A DNA stretch of 60,000 nucleotides from Lytechinus pictus. Taxonomy: Eukaryota. A program made the position numbers and the translations under genes. Location of the stretch: assembly GCF_037042905.1 (NCBI RefSeq), contig NC_087245.1, positions 15,378,001 to 15,438,000 on the forward strand, in the 5' to 3' direction. Under the pieces are notes generated by a model that saw only the letters and a list, made by a program, of their open reading frames with translations, was not told the DNA's origin and made no database searches. Shown piece by piece: positions 25,101-37,600 of the stretch (position 1 is the first letter of the stretch; each line of letters begins with the position of its first letter).

Positions 25101-28100
25101 TATTGATGAAATGACAGGACGTTAAAAAATGTATGCAAATGACCGGAATATACTCAAATATTGAATTTTTGAAAGTTAATCTAATTTTCCTTTGATCGAC
25201 TTTGTACGCAAATTATGAGATGGGCATAATGCTAAATTTGAGAACTTGTTTGGTGCCCGTATTTCTAACAAACCATTTATGAGCTTTTTGAAATATAAAT
25301 TGCGATTTAACCAATATTTTCATAAATTTGGAATTGGTACTGCATTGCCAAGTCACCTCAGCACAACGGTGTGCCGCATGGAGGCTCAAAGCCAAGCGGA
25401 ATGTTAAGAACCCAATATGCTTTAGAACCCATCGACATGTTTTGCATAAATTACAAGAGTTACAGCTCCTTCCTAACAGCACCTGGTATTACAGTGTGCT
25501 GTAGTGTTGCATTACCATGAAAAAAAACCCAGCTATGAATGAAGCATAGTTGATTTGCAGTGTGGAATGTGGATGGTTAGCCACTGATTAGTACTTGTAT
25601 TGACTTCTCATAAAAATAGAAAAAGTAAATCCCATGCGATAGAATGTTGTAGATTGTTGATATTGTACTTATCATTTAAGTTCCTTATTTTTCATGAATT
25701 TTGGAATATTAGATTGATTTTTAGCAATAACTGCAATTTGCCCAATTTGGGCTTTTTTTTTTTACATTGTACATGTAAGGGTTCAAATTTATGAATGTTC
25801 CTTCCCTAGTATATGAGGTATTCCTTATGAGCTACTGTATTTAGAATGTACATGTACATGTAGCTTACAGACATCCCCTGTTACTATGTCTGGCAAATTT
25901 GTTACACATTTAGGTTGGTACAAGTGTCTGTTATTTATTATAAGATTTTCACCGGTCACTTGAATTGTTTGCGAAAGATATATAAATGTAAACAAATGCC
26001 AAAGTCCAACACTGTAGACTATAGCTTTGTCATTTGCACAGGGTGTTGAAAAATTGTGTGATGTTCATAAAATTTAGAAATTTGTTTTTTCTTTATCACC
26101 TGTTCTTTATATTTTGTATTCTTTGCAAATTGTTTGTATGCCCAGTGAAAACCACACTTTTTGAAGAGCTTTATTAGGATGTATTGTTAAGATTTGATAC
26201 ACTCTAGTGGCATAAACCTTATTTATTGCTTATTGCTTTCATTCATTCATTGTTTGATTCATCTTTTCCCCATACTCTACATACACTATGTTTCTAGTAT
26301 AAATGCATTATTTCTGAGGTCCCACAAGCAATCCAAACTATCTGTCCTTATTGTATACTTTCAGTATTTACGCATTTCATTTATTGTTTAATTCACCTTT
26401 CCCCATACTCTACGTACACTATGTTTCCAGTATAAATGCATTATTGCTGAGGTCCTACAATCAATCCAAACTATCTGTCTTTATGAGATCAGAAGAAGCA
26501 AAAAAAAAGTTACTTTCTGTATTTATGCATTTCATTTATTGTTTAATCCTTCTTTTCCCCTTATTTCTGAGGTCCCTCAAGCAATCCACACTATCTCCAG
26601 TTATACAACCTTAATAAACAACCAGTTATCAAATGAATTTTCTGCCTCCCACACTTATTCTATCTTTAAGATTATGTTTTAGATTATGTTCAAGATTATA
26701 TACTTTATTTCCTGTTTGATGAGAATACATATATGTAAAGAAATATTAATTAGAATATTTATTTTATTCAGTGATGACCCTGATGAAATAGAGACTTTGT
26801 CAATCCAGCTTCAACTGATGACCACAAATGATCTTAGATCTTCATGCTATAACAAGACACCTCAGACTGTGAGTAGAAAGAAACTATGTCAATCTGGCCC
26901 ATTTCCAAAATGTTAAGCTGCAAACTAGTATCCACTTGCAATCAAGAGCTCTTGTAGCAGAGAAGAATAGTTTGTTCGCTCTAAAGATATATGATCTTTA
27001 TGGTGATTATTTTTAATTTGGTGAAAGAAAACTAAACTTAAATAATGTATATGGATGACTGAAAACAAACCTGTAATCATCTATTTTGTGATTCCTGGTT
27101 GTGAGGTAATCAACGTTCAGTGGTGCTCAAAAAATAATGAACCCCACCAGAAAATGAACGTATTTTAAGTGTTCAAGTTCTGCCATGTTGTGAATTATCG
27201 AAGTCAGGGGTGATGAAATATTACATTCAACATGAAGTCTTCATCCAACACTTGGCATGAAGAAGTGCACTTTGTGGTGGGGTTCACACACTTTTGAGCA
27301 GAGTTATATACATGTATGTGTGTGAGTATCTTTGCATCAATAGCTTTGCAATTGTTGTACATGTAGGTGCATGATCCATCATTTATATATCTGCAATTAT
27401 TTGTTGCAAACATTCAAGTCTTGTTATTTTACCTATAAGGTATTGTGCATCATTTCCTTGAGAGTAGCAAGCAGCCTTGGTGTTCTTACGATATTTCTAG
27501 TGTGTGGGTGAGAAATTTCTCATCACATCTCATGGTGTTTATACAAACTGAGATAGAAGATTATTGACGACTTATATTCAAATTCTTGTGATCAGCTGTA
27601 AATTACATAGATGTCCATTGATACATATTTTGATTCATTGTGGATTGCTCTGCAAAGCACCATGATATATGTATACTGTGGGGTGAAGTACTCCTCCACT
27701 TGACAAATGCTCAAAGTACAGAATCCATTCTTCACCAACCCAAGTCCTGATGGTAAAATCTCTCTCGTCACTAGTCAAATTGATAAAGAAATTTAAGTCA
27801 GGGATTTATCCATTGATGATCTCTCTCATCATAATCAGAAATGTATTCATCTGAGTACATGACCCTCACTTCCTGATCTATCACGATCAACCCCTAAAAC
27901 TATTTGTTTTCAGCGTAAATCACATTCCCCCCCCCCCCATCGCCCCAAGCTCAAACTCAGGCTTACGGTTCATCATTATTAACCATCTCAATTTTGTCTT
28001 GAAATTTGCAGGCAACCCACATCTCTTCGCTGCCCATTGAGGTTCTGCTCTACATCTTCCGTTGGGTTGTGACCTCTCGCCTTGACCTGCGATCTCTGGA

Positions 28101-31100
28101 GCAACTTTCCAAGGTGTGTCGAGGTTTCTATGTATGCTCTAGGGATAGTGAGATATGGAGGAAGGCATGTGTGAGGTTAGTATTGAAACCCTACTTTTGA
28201 TCTTTTGTAGCCAGTGCTTCCTCTGTCACTGCTACATGTATGTTTCTGTTGGTCTTGCTGTTAGGAGGACAGTATGGTATGTGTTATGCTTCTGCTACTA
28301 CTGCTGTTCTGTATTAAACTACTTATACTGTTGCTAAGCAACTGCTAGTGCTAAATACATCTTGTCTGTTGTTGCTATTTCTACATTTGAACACCGTTCT
28401 TGATAAGAATTATGTTGGACAAGATATCGTATTGTAATGAATTCAGTCTATAGGACAGATGGGTTTTATTTTTTGTTTTTGCCTAAATAAAGTAATTTTA
28501 GTGCAGTATCACTTTTATGATACAGAAATATTTCAATATAATTAAACAACTGCATCACTGTTCTAGGATAAATATCCTTCTGGCATGTCAGTGGTTTTTT
28601 TTTGGGGGAGTGGTCATTTGGAAACAAAACTGGAATACCCTTGTTGAGCATTTTTCATGTTGGATTGTATCTGTAACTGATGTCCCTAGGGGAGTTGTCC
28701 TCTTACAACATTTACATGTTTTGTCTCCTTTTTTGTTCAAGAATGTGGGGGAAGAAGTCGTATCTGATGAAGGAGTACGTCTCGTGGCGTGACATGTTCA
28801 TCCATCGTGCCCATCCCCACTTCAATGGTGTTTACATCAGTCGAGTCACCTACATCAGACAGGGGGAACCGAGCATGGATGTGTTCTATAAACCATGGCA
28901 TCTGGTGGAATATCATCGATTTCTCAGGGTCTTTCCCGATGGTAAGTTGACTCCATGTACAGTTATCCTAGTAGTAGAAGTTGTCAAAGTGGTAGGGGTA
29001 ATGGTGATGATGATGGTAGTGGTAGTGATTCCATGCAGCTGGTGGCACCTTTGGGTCGAGTTGTTTGCCCCATCAATCTGTGGCTGACGACAGGCCTGCA
29101 TAGGACTGCTTGTATGTGAAAATTATGTATTCACAAGGTTGTCTGGGTATGACTGAGAAGATGTGCACCATCCTGTGCTATCTCAATGGAAGGAGAGACT
29201 TTCTAGATCATTTGTTTCTCACCTGTATAGCAGAGTGAGACTTTAGGTGCCTTTCTGGTGGCGGAAGCGGTGTCTCCAACTTTGAAATCATACCAAAGCT
29301 CAGTTTTTGAAATGTCACATTAACTTAAAAAGTATTAGGACCCATTTCATTTAACTTGGACACTAGGGTAATCATCTGGCATGAGTTACACGTCACATGA
29401 TCAAGGTTAAAGTTCATCTAGGGGTCAGCTTTGACCCCTGTTGTATCAATGCTCATTTCAAGGCTAAGATTTTTTATTTTCACATTAATTTTGAAATTTA
29501 AATTTTTTAATAAAAATTATTGACAAGTATCGGCAAATGGATGAATGTAATTTCAAAATAACATGATTTTTTGGGCCATTTAATAACAGGTATTCAGGTA
29601 ATAAACATAAGTGTTTATCTCTATCTGGTACCATTCTTATTTATTTTTAAATCTTTTCCACCTTTATTTGCTACATGAGGAATCATTGGGGGAGGGGGTG
29701 GTGCAGTCACTCCCTGCTGCCCCTGTAGTGCAGCCCTGTTGTGTATGATACATATTTTCCATAAACCATAGCATATTCAAGTGTTCTAGGGGGGATTGGG
29801 CTTAATGGGAAAATGGGTAATCTATGTTTTTTTAAACCTAGTAACAGCCTTTCCCTGGCCTAAAAATAGCCATGAGGCATGCATTCATCTTTGTCACAAA
29901 GGTATGCATGACATGTGTAATTAGCTAGCTATCAGGCCATTGTCTGACCTAGCAACAATCATGAATCATGCTTTCATCGAGGTTTTAGAGTCCCACCATT
30001 ATTAGACAAATTCCAGAAGGTGATGCACATGTTCTTTATTCTGCATTTGCTTGAGTACTTTTGAGTAGACAGACCCTTATGAATAAAAGAGTATCAATCA
30101 TTGAATTTTTTAAGAAAACCAGACTGAGAGAGTAGCTTGTTTTCAGTTAAGCTATTATAAGCTTAATATTTGAATACCTTTTGTTAATGGTGTACTTATG
30201 TAACAAATTTGTAATTTGTATTGATAAATGCATGATAGAAGATTCTCTGCCTATTGGATGATAGCATGAAAGGCTATTGTCAAACATCGTGTTTATGCAT
30301 GAGATTTGGGAAGTGCAATCATGACGTGGTGGTTTCTTCATCAACTGTAAAAAGTTTTCTTATCATTTGCTGGAGTATATAAGACTGGCTTTGCTTGCTC
30401 ATAGACTGGAGGCAGTGAGCAAGCAAGGCCAGTGTACAGAGACACATGTAACAGACCATGTGGCTAGTCATGTGATGATGATGTCACTACATGATGATGT
30501 GACCACATTTACATAACAATAAACATGCACAACACAAGACTGTACAACATACCATAACCCCCATCTAACATTTATGCTGTATGCTGGCCTTGTTTATTAT
30601 CTATTTATGTCAGCCTTTTTTCCGCTGACATGAATAGGTGATTGCTAGTGGGCTGCGTTTTCAACTCAAAAGCAATTTAATCAAAGATTCCAGTATGCAG
30701 TGGATGTTGAGATAGGATTTATTTGCATTATTTCAGTCAGGGTTTTTCTTTCATTAACAAATCTGATTATATCAGCAAAGGTTAAGTTTATATCATGAAA
30801 ATCAGAAAGGCTAATAATTTATTTTATTATTTATTATTACACAACTCAATATTTTTACCCAAGCTTTTATTTCATTATTATAAATTTAATGAAACTGGGT
30901 TTCTTTCGGGTCAAAGGTGGAGAAAACTATAAATATTAATTTTCTTTGAACAAAATTATTCATCTTGTTTTCAAAATCAGCAAATAATGCAAGCGAGAAT
31001 GGGCAGAGGCATTGTCTACATTTAGGCCCGTAAACAGCTCCAAGTCACTTTTCAGACTGACTGTGAAATATAATGAAATATCTGAGGATTTGGGATTTAA

Positions 31101-34100
31101 GAATTTTTAAATGCATTGAGCAGCAAGCCTTCTTGAAATATAAAAATAGGAGCTTAAGTAAATCCAAAATTTTTTTTCCCTTAATATTGGATAGGATTGA
31201 TAAATTAATTCTAAAATGGGAGTGTTTGGTAATATGATTGCTACTAGTAATAGTAATTGTATCAAACCAACTGAACTATTTTTACTTTAAATACAGCAAC
31301 ATCAAATAGGTTTTAATCAGGTGGCCTCATTTACCCCATCTTGATGGGACAAATACGGCCACCCGACAAAATATTCATGGCTCATTAATATGCAAATTAG
31401 GCTTATCATTTCTAATGGATAATTTTGATCTACTCTAAATCTACTAATAGACCTCTAATCATGTTTCTACTCCTACATGTACAAAAAATTCTATGTTAGT
31501 GTATATATGCACACCCCTAAATTCGGTCTTAATTCGTAAGTTGTCACACTCTTTTTTTATAAGTGGTTGGTGATTGAGTTTTGTCTTTTTGTTTGTGCTT
31601 TTGAAGGTACCATCATGATGGTAAGCTCATCGGAAGATCCTCAAAGTGTTGTGAGTAAGATGCATAAGAACTATCCCATGTCTGGTCGAATGTTAGGACA
31701 GTACTTCATTGATGGAAACATAGTAAGTAATCATAGTTTTAATTTCATTTTAGGTTGTTCAATATACATGTACAGCAAATAAACTAACTTGAGATTTTGT
31801 GAATTACATTCTTTTCTCATTCAAAGAATACCCCCCCTCATTTCAATATAATGCACAAATAAAATCAAATAAATGTTTATATTTCAATTTTGAAAGGACC
31901 GCTATAGTCAATTCTTGCTACTTTGAAGTCATATAATCTTTTTATTGTATATACTCATCCATGATACATATTTTTAGTGTTATAGATTGAAAAAAATGAT
32001 TCAATTATGATTAATCCATCTATATATGTACCTACTATCTATCTATCTATCCCTTCTCCCAATGTAGTTGTCAGCTGTCCTTGACAAGGAGAAGGTCAAG
32101 GAGATTGATACGGGCCGGCGTTACATGCGACATCGCAATGCACAGCAGAACCTACCGGATTCAGAGCAGACTTTTGAGTTGGTGAGGATTACTTACATAT
32201 GACCTGGTATTGTGAGTGAGACAAAATAGATATCAATTGTGATTAGACACTAGGGGGCAGCTAACTTCATCTTGCAAAATATCTTTCAGATTTTTTTGTT
32301 GATAAGAATGAAAAACCAGTAGGAAGTAATTCCTTGAAAAGCTGTGTGCGCTATGAACGCCTAGCTTAGCCGGGTAATATAGGAGCGCCTTGAGCACCTA
32401 ACAAGGTGGATATGTGCGCAATATAAATACCCTATATTATTATTATTATTATTAAATAAAATTTGTCAGATAACTGATTGACATATATTTTTCATTATAA
32501 TGTTCTCAAACAAGCAAACTTAACTTCATCATTGCTCCAACAGGTCAATTTGATCGAAGTGGATCTTGGTATAAACTACCATTCGTTTGCTAAATCAAGA
32601 CTTCTTAAGATTGACCCCCCCTCGACAAATTTCGTCACTACGCCGTTGCGCGAAACCTTTTGACCGCGTCGCTCGAAACCTTTTGACCGCGTCGCTCACT
32701 GACTTTTTTACTTTCAAGTCTTGCGCATCTTTTGAGACAAAATTTGCGATGCCCGGGTACGCAGTTCTGAAAATTACTCATATCAGACCAAAAATTGCTC
32801 AAAAACGTGACTCCGTGTAATGCAAATTGTGTTTTTTAACCCAAAATCATAAATGTATGATTATTTATACTTTTGTTGGATTAAATAGATTTATTTTATG
32901 CTATTTATGATTGCAAAAGGGTCCCCGTCAAAGTTCATCGGAAAAAAAAAATGTTTTAAAAAACAAAGAAATACATAAGAATTTAAAAAACAATAGAATA
33001 TGTATAAGAAATTGGTTGTATTTTTGCAATTTGAATGTAGATATTTGTTAAAAATGTAAAAATTGATACTCTCACCAAAAATTAGCATTCTAATGGCTAT
33101 ATAAGTTGAGTTAAAGTCAAAAACATGTACACAAAAAACAAATTTAGGGCAAATTCCATACACTTTAATATTTGCATAATTAAAAAAAATATAAAAATTA
33201 ATTTTTTGAAAATTTTACTACTCAGTCTTGTAATTTGTATCCCGCTCTATGCGTGTGCAAATTTTCGCGGCGATCGTGCAATCAGTGGCCGAGATTAGTG
33301 GTCCCCCTATATACTGGTCTGAAATAGCCCAGTTAAGAAAGGGTTAAGCATGTTCCAGTTCGTCCTAATTCCACGCTTTTCTAAAATGTTTTTCTTACTC
33401 TGTTATCTGTCCTATAGGAGCTTAATATCACTAGCAAAGATGCTCGTCTTAATTTCAGTTTCTTCAAAGATTTGTATTTCTTACTTTGTTATGTCTTACA
33501 GGAGCTGAATATTACTAGCTATGGTCGGAGACCAAACATGAAGTTAGAATGGAAGCGGTATGCTTGTCGCACTCTATACAGGTAAAGTGTATGAAGCTAG
33601 AAATGGTATTGTAATGGCTTACGTGTATTCAACATTTTATCCTCCACAGATCCTACCCGACATAGACCCCTTACAATTTGCCTATCAACCGTGTAAATCT
33701 GTTAATGATGCCGTGATTTTGCTTACTTGATAGCTCAGCATGTTGACGAACTGGGTTGTTATGTTCGTACTACGTTAGTTGATTTCTCATCGGCTTTTAA
33801 CACAATCCAACCCCACCTCCTGATGAATAAGCTTATCACTTTGAATGTTCAACCCTCATTAATTCTTTGGCTGCACAATTTTCTGACAGGTAGAATTTAA
33901 AGAGTGAAACTACAGGATGTCTTCTCCAATTATGTAAATACTAACACAGGGTAGCCCCAGGGTAGCGTATTGTCAGCTCCTTTGTTCATCATATACACAA
34001 ATGACTGCATTTCATCTAATGAAAATGTCACTTTTGTTAAATATGCTGACGATACGGCTATTGTTGGTAAGATTCGTGGTAACGATGAACGCAGATATCG

Positions 34101-35467
34101 AGAGGAGTTACCTGTGTTTGAGCAATGGTGTCACAAAAATTTCTTAGAATTGAACACAACCAAAGCAAAAGAGACGATTGTTGATTTTCGTGTAAACAAA
34201 GTTCAAATAAACCCAATCAATCTAAAGGGAGAAGTTATAGAGAGAGTCAACAGTTTTAAGTACCTGGGCACAGTCATTGACCAAGAGCTATCGTGGAAAG
34301 ACCAATGTCAGTCTCTGTATACAAGGGCACAGCAACGGATGTACTTTCTTAGAAAAATGAACTCATTCCATGTTGATAGGGTAATTCTGAAACTATTCTA
34401 TAAATCCGTAATTGAAAGTGTCATGCTCTTCAGTTGTGTTGTTTGGTTCGGTGGGTGCAGGAAAGATGACCTCAAGAAATTACCGAAAATAGCAAATTAT
34501 GCTGGCAAGATAATTGGCGAAGTGACAAATCTGACAAATGAATGCAATAATATGATCTTGAAACATGTCTCACAGATAATACAAAATGATCACCCTCTAC
34601 ACCCATGTTATACTCTCATGCGCTCAGGCAAACGGTACTGGTCAATGAAAGCACGTACCTCACGCTTTCTCAACTCCTTTGTTCCGCTCTCTATCCGAAA
34701 ATACAATGATCTACAGTGAAAAAGCCCATATCTTGTCACTTCGCCAGTCATCTGTACTTCAACCAGTCAACAAATCTTTAAGTGATTATACATGTAATAT
34801 AATAATATAATAATGTAACAATATAATAACTGAAATAATGACATAAATGGTGTGTATATTGTATATTAATGTGCAGTTATAATCTATGTAAATAATGTAA
34901 GTGCAGTATAATCTATGTAAATAATGTATGTATTTTTTGTAATGCCAACATAGCGAATTTCCATTGAGGACAATAAATTAATGAATCTGATCTGAATCAT
35001 TTAAATTCAGAATTTGAATTAGATGCACACTGTAGTTAGTATTCAAATTTATTTCTTATATGATAAAAACATAATACTTTGAGGAGGTCTGACCTCCAAC
35101 TTCATTACAACTGTGCAGAGTAAGTCATTATCTTTAGATTATGTTCATGAATTAGGTCAATAAGTATAGAGTGAAAGTGGGGTTATATGGTAAATTCATT
35201 AAAAAAAAAGATTTTGGGCAGAGCTTTTAAAAGAAGGAACACGTATAAGAGAATCTGTGCAAATATTTGTGAAAACTAAAGAAATACAGATTTTACAGTC
35301 TTTTACATTTTCTTGCTCAGTTTGATTTATATTTATTTTTAATTTTCTTTTGATTTAGGTCAACTGGGAATGAGAACATCACAGAGTTTGATATGACTCA
35401 CCAGTTCTATCCGTTCTACTTCTCTCGTGTGAAGAGCTATGCAACGACTGCTGAAACCCTCCTCTAG
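18637..35467 (+). CDS. FBXO9: F-box only protein 9 (SCF substrate receptor); 12 coding exons, about 526 aa plus unresolved start exon
   Basis: Exons 18637-19134, 19866-19923, 21012-21095, 21919-21946, 22803-22835, 26772-26868, 28012-28175, 28742-28941, 31607-31722, 32068-32181, 33502-33581, 35359-35467, all AG/GT with matching phases (1581 nt). Motifs [26 protein letters not shown]-box [67 protein letters not shown]. Confidence 0.95.
19866..19923 (+). CDS. FBXO9: FBXO9 exon ([19 protein letters not shown])
   Basis: ttacag|...|gtaagt; TPR/MIT-like helix. Confidence 0.9.
21012..21095 (+). CDS. FBXO9: FBXO9 exon ([16 protein letters not shown]..)
   Basis: actaag|...|gtaaga; conserved FBXO9 motif. 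Confidence 0.9.
21919..21946 (+). CDS. FBXO9: FBXO9 micro-exon (GSNQVSDDE)
   Basis: ttacag|...|gtgagt; supplies the phase 1-to-2 bridge that the chain requires. Confidence 0.75.
22803..22835 (+). CDS. FBXO9: FBXO9 micro-exon ([10 protein letters not shown]), symmetric, possibly optional
   Basis: cttcag|...|gtaagc; 33 nt, phase 2/2, open frame. Confidence 0.55.
23101..23281. mobile_element. Palindromic MITE / long hairpin in FBXO9 intron
   Basis: TATCCGTTGGTGTGTT...AACACACCAACGGATA; arms pair almost to the centre (GCGATATCCCCTCTTTT / AAAAGAGGGGATATCGC). Confidence 0.7.
23751..24590 (+). mobile_element. Helentron/HINE-like non-autonomous element with internal tandem repeats (diverged copy)
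   Basis: Subterminal IR GTCTTGCCTGCAT / ATGCAGGCGAGAC and about four diverged ~190-bp core units (CTAGTTCATGAAACTTGGACATAA). Same family as 39166-40117. Confidence 0.75.
26262..26597. repeat. Local tandem duplication, ~135-bp unit (two copies plus a partial)
   Basis: CCCCATACTCTAC.TACACTATGTTTC.AGTATAAATGCATTATT.CTGAGGTCC..CAATCCAAACTATCTGTC repeated. Confidence 0.8.
26772..26868 (+). CDS. FBXO9: FBXO9 exon ([16 protein letters not shown]..)
   Basis: attcag|...|gtgagt, phase 2/0. Confidence 0.85.
28012..28175 (+). CDS. FBXO9: FBXO9 F-box exon
   Basis: [53 protein letters not shown]; ttgcag|...|gttagt. Confidence 0.96.
28742..28941 (+). CDS. FBXO9: FBXO9 exon ([31 protein letters not shown])
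   Basis: ttcaag|...|gtaagt; strongly conserved. Confidence 0.96.
29215..29440 (+). mobile_element. 5' fragment of the HINE-like family
   Basis: TTTCTCACCTGTATAGCAGAGTGAGACTTTAGG followed by one decayed core unit. Confidence 0.65.
31607..31722 (+). CDS. FBXO9: FBXO9 exon ([16 protein letters not shown]..)
   Basis: ttgaag|...|gtaagt. Confidence 0.92.
32068..32181 (+). CDS. FBXO9: FBXO9 exon ([15 protein letters not shown])
   Basis: atgtag|...|gtgagg, 38 codons. Confidence 0.9.
32343..32453 (+). mobile_element. 3' end of a SINE/L2-type retroposon
   Basis: AGCGCCTTGAGCACCTAACAAGGTGGATATGTGCGCAATATAAAT followed by a (TAT)n tail, typical of L2-mobilised 3' ends. Confidence 0.65.
32610..33347. 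mobile_element. Diverged relative of the piggyBac-type MITE at 10525
   Basis: Shares TTTTGACCGCG..GCGCATCTTTTGAGAC.AAATTT.CGA.GCCCGGGTACGC and GTGCAAATTTT.GCGGCG..GGCCGAGAT; ends AGGGTTAA. Confidence 0.7.
33502..33581 (+). CDS. FBXO9: FBXO9 exon ([26 protein letters not shown])
   Basis: ttacag|...|gtaaag. Confidence 0.9.
33650..34998 (+). mobile_element. 5'-truncated Rex1/Babar-clade LINE reverse transcriptase (pseudogenised) in the last FBXO9 intron
   Basis: [77 protein letters not shown]. In-frame stops at the 5' side. 3' AATAAA and GAATCT-type tail. Confidence 0.9.
35359..35467 (+). CDS. FBXO9: FBXO9 terminal coding exon ([29 protein letters not shown])
   Basis: atttag|..., TAG at 35465-35467; matches the FBXO9 C-terminus. 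Confidence 0.93.
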
Positions 35468-36493
35468 ACTAGCTCCCCTTCGTGTATCAGGTGACCACTG
35501 AGTCAGGTGATCAGTCACATGTTGCAGTCACATCACAGTGTGGCTATACAGAGCTCATATGTTCCTTTTACCTTGTCAATGCTTTTTGTACTAGTGTTTT
35601 GTCAAATTATGTTTTGTACTGTTAAGTTATTCAGGAAATGGAATCTGAATAATTCTCTTTACTAAGCATATGAAAAGATTGGTCCTGCAGCATTTTTTTC
35701 CATAAGACATTAACTCACAAAGGTAGCTTAACTTTAAACCATGGGTTAAATTGTATCATATCAAATAGTTTTATTATAACCCATGGAATAACTTTTACAC
35801 CCCGACGTTAATATCAGTGATTTTAAAATGTTGGAGAAGTTGACTCAAGGGCTAAAATATGCCACATGGAGTCAACCAGTGTGTTGCCTCGACCCACCTC
35901 TTAAGGCAAATTTTATCACCATTTTGTTCAATTTAATCATATGACATCTAGATAGATCCTTGTCATTTGATTGGCTGTTTGATGTCAATCATTCTACAAT
36001 GGTGTTATCTTTGTGAAATTTTGGATCCATACAATTTTTTCTATTGCAAGAGCGCACTGAGACCGCAGGCACCACAAGTAAAAACTCTTTGTGTTCGCAG
36101 CATGCGTCTTGTATGTACACGACAGTCAACAGACCGAGCTTGCACTACATAAGCTTACTTTGCATCAAAATCCATGAATTTCAAATAAAAAGGGATATAT
36201 TTTTAGGTGTCATATAAATAAAATAATGAATGTTATTTTCATTTGAGCAATGGACAGAATACTTAATTCAGTGAAAGATGAAATGAATGATCCATTCAAC
36301 TTGGCTACGCTTCATTAAATTGATCATTTCATCTTTCACCTCATGAAGTATTCTGTCCATTGCACTCATAAACATTCATTTGTATCCAAAGATAACCCCC
36401 TCCCCATGTCAAGTTGGCCCATACAGTGAGTTCTGTAAGTTTCTTGTTTCACAATAATTTGTTGGTTAGGATTAGAGACACAGGCCTACTTAA

Positions 36494-37075
36494 AAGTCAA
36501 GTCCACCCCAGAGAAATGTTGATTTGAATAAAAAGAGAAATATTAATCAAGCATTATGTTGAAAATTTCATCAAAATCGGATGTAAAATAAGAAAGTTAT
36601 GACACTTTAAAGTTTTGCTTATTTTTGACAAAATAGTGATATGCACAACTCAATTGAGAAAGTCGATGATGCCTCTCACTCACTATTTCTTTTTTATTGT
36701 TTGGATTATACAATATTTCATTTTTTATAGATTTGACAATAAGGACCAACTTGACTGAAACATATAGTATTAACAATGCTCATTCCACATGTTCAGGGAG
36801 GAATTAATCGTTGTTTCACTTGACAATGAGGAGAAAAATGGAATATTCCCCATTTCATATAATACAAAAGAAATAGTGAGTGGATGATGTCATCAGTCTC
36901 CTCATTTGCATACCCACCAGGATGTGCATATAACTGTTTTGTAAAATTAAGCAAAACTTTAAAATGTCATAACTTTCTTATTTTACATCTAATTTTGATG
37001 AAATTTTTAGTGTTATGCTTGTTAGATTTTTCTCTTTTTATTCAAATCAACTTTTTTTTGGGGTGGACTTGTCCT
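36494..37075. mobile_element. TTAA-flanked TIR element (Kolobok-like, non-autonomous)
   Basis: TTAA|AAGTCAAGTCCACCCC...GGGGTGGACTTGTCCT|TTAA with inverted arms over 100 bp. Second copy at 52370 in opposite orientation. Confidence 0.8.
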
Positions 37076-37079
37076 TTAA

Positions 37080-37600
37080 CCCTTTGAACACTGAATTATT
37101 AGGGGCGGTGGTGACCCATACCCTGAATTATTTGCACATATCGACCACATTGACAAAATCCCATGATTCGAGACCCAACGGTATCTTCCCCCGCTAGTAC
37201 CCGGACCGAGCCGGCTGAAGTTGTTTACCTTCTCGTAGAACTAGTCTACAAACAGAAATATCAACTTTAGTGTCTGTTTTGGGCTCAAAATCACTGTTTT
37301 CACCAAAGTCAGATATATCAATTGCTTCCTCATAGTAAACACATGACTCGCCGCGTATTACACCATGTATTACCGCAGAAAAGTGGCATATTTGGGCCAT
37401 TTTTTATGCTAAATCCTTCCGAAATCATTGCAAATCTTGACTGAAATTATCGACTAAATATTCCTACACGTACTAGAAAGATGACGTCATTTTAAAAGAT
37501 CACCTGACATTTAGAATCCATGTTTTTGAAGTCACATGGCCCTATCCGGCCTATCAGGTATATGCGCGTTTACTGAATCCGGCCTATCGGGTTCAAAGGG
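37080..37600. mobile_element. piggyBac-type MITE
   Basis: TTAA|CCCTTTGAAC...GTTCAAAGGG|TTAA. Confidence 0.85.
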
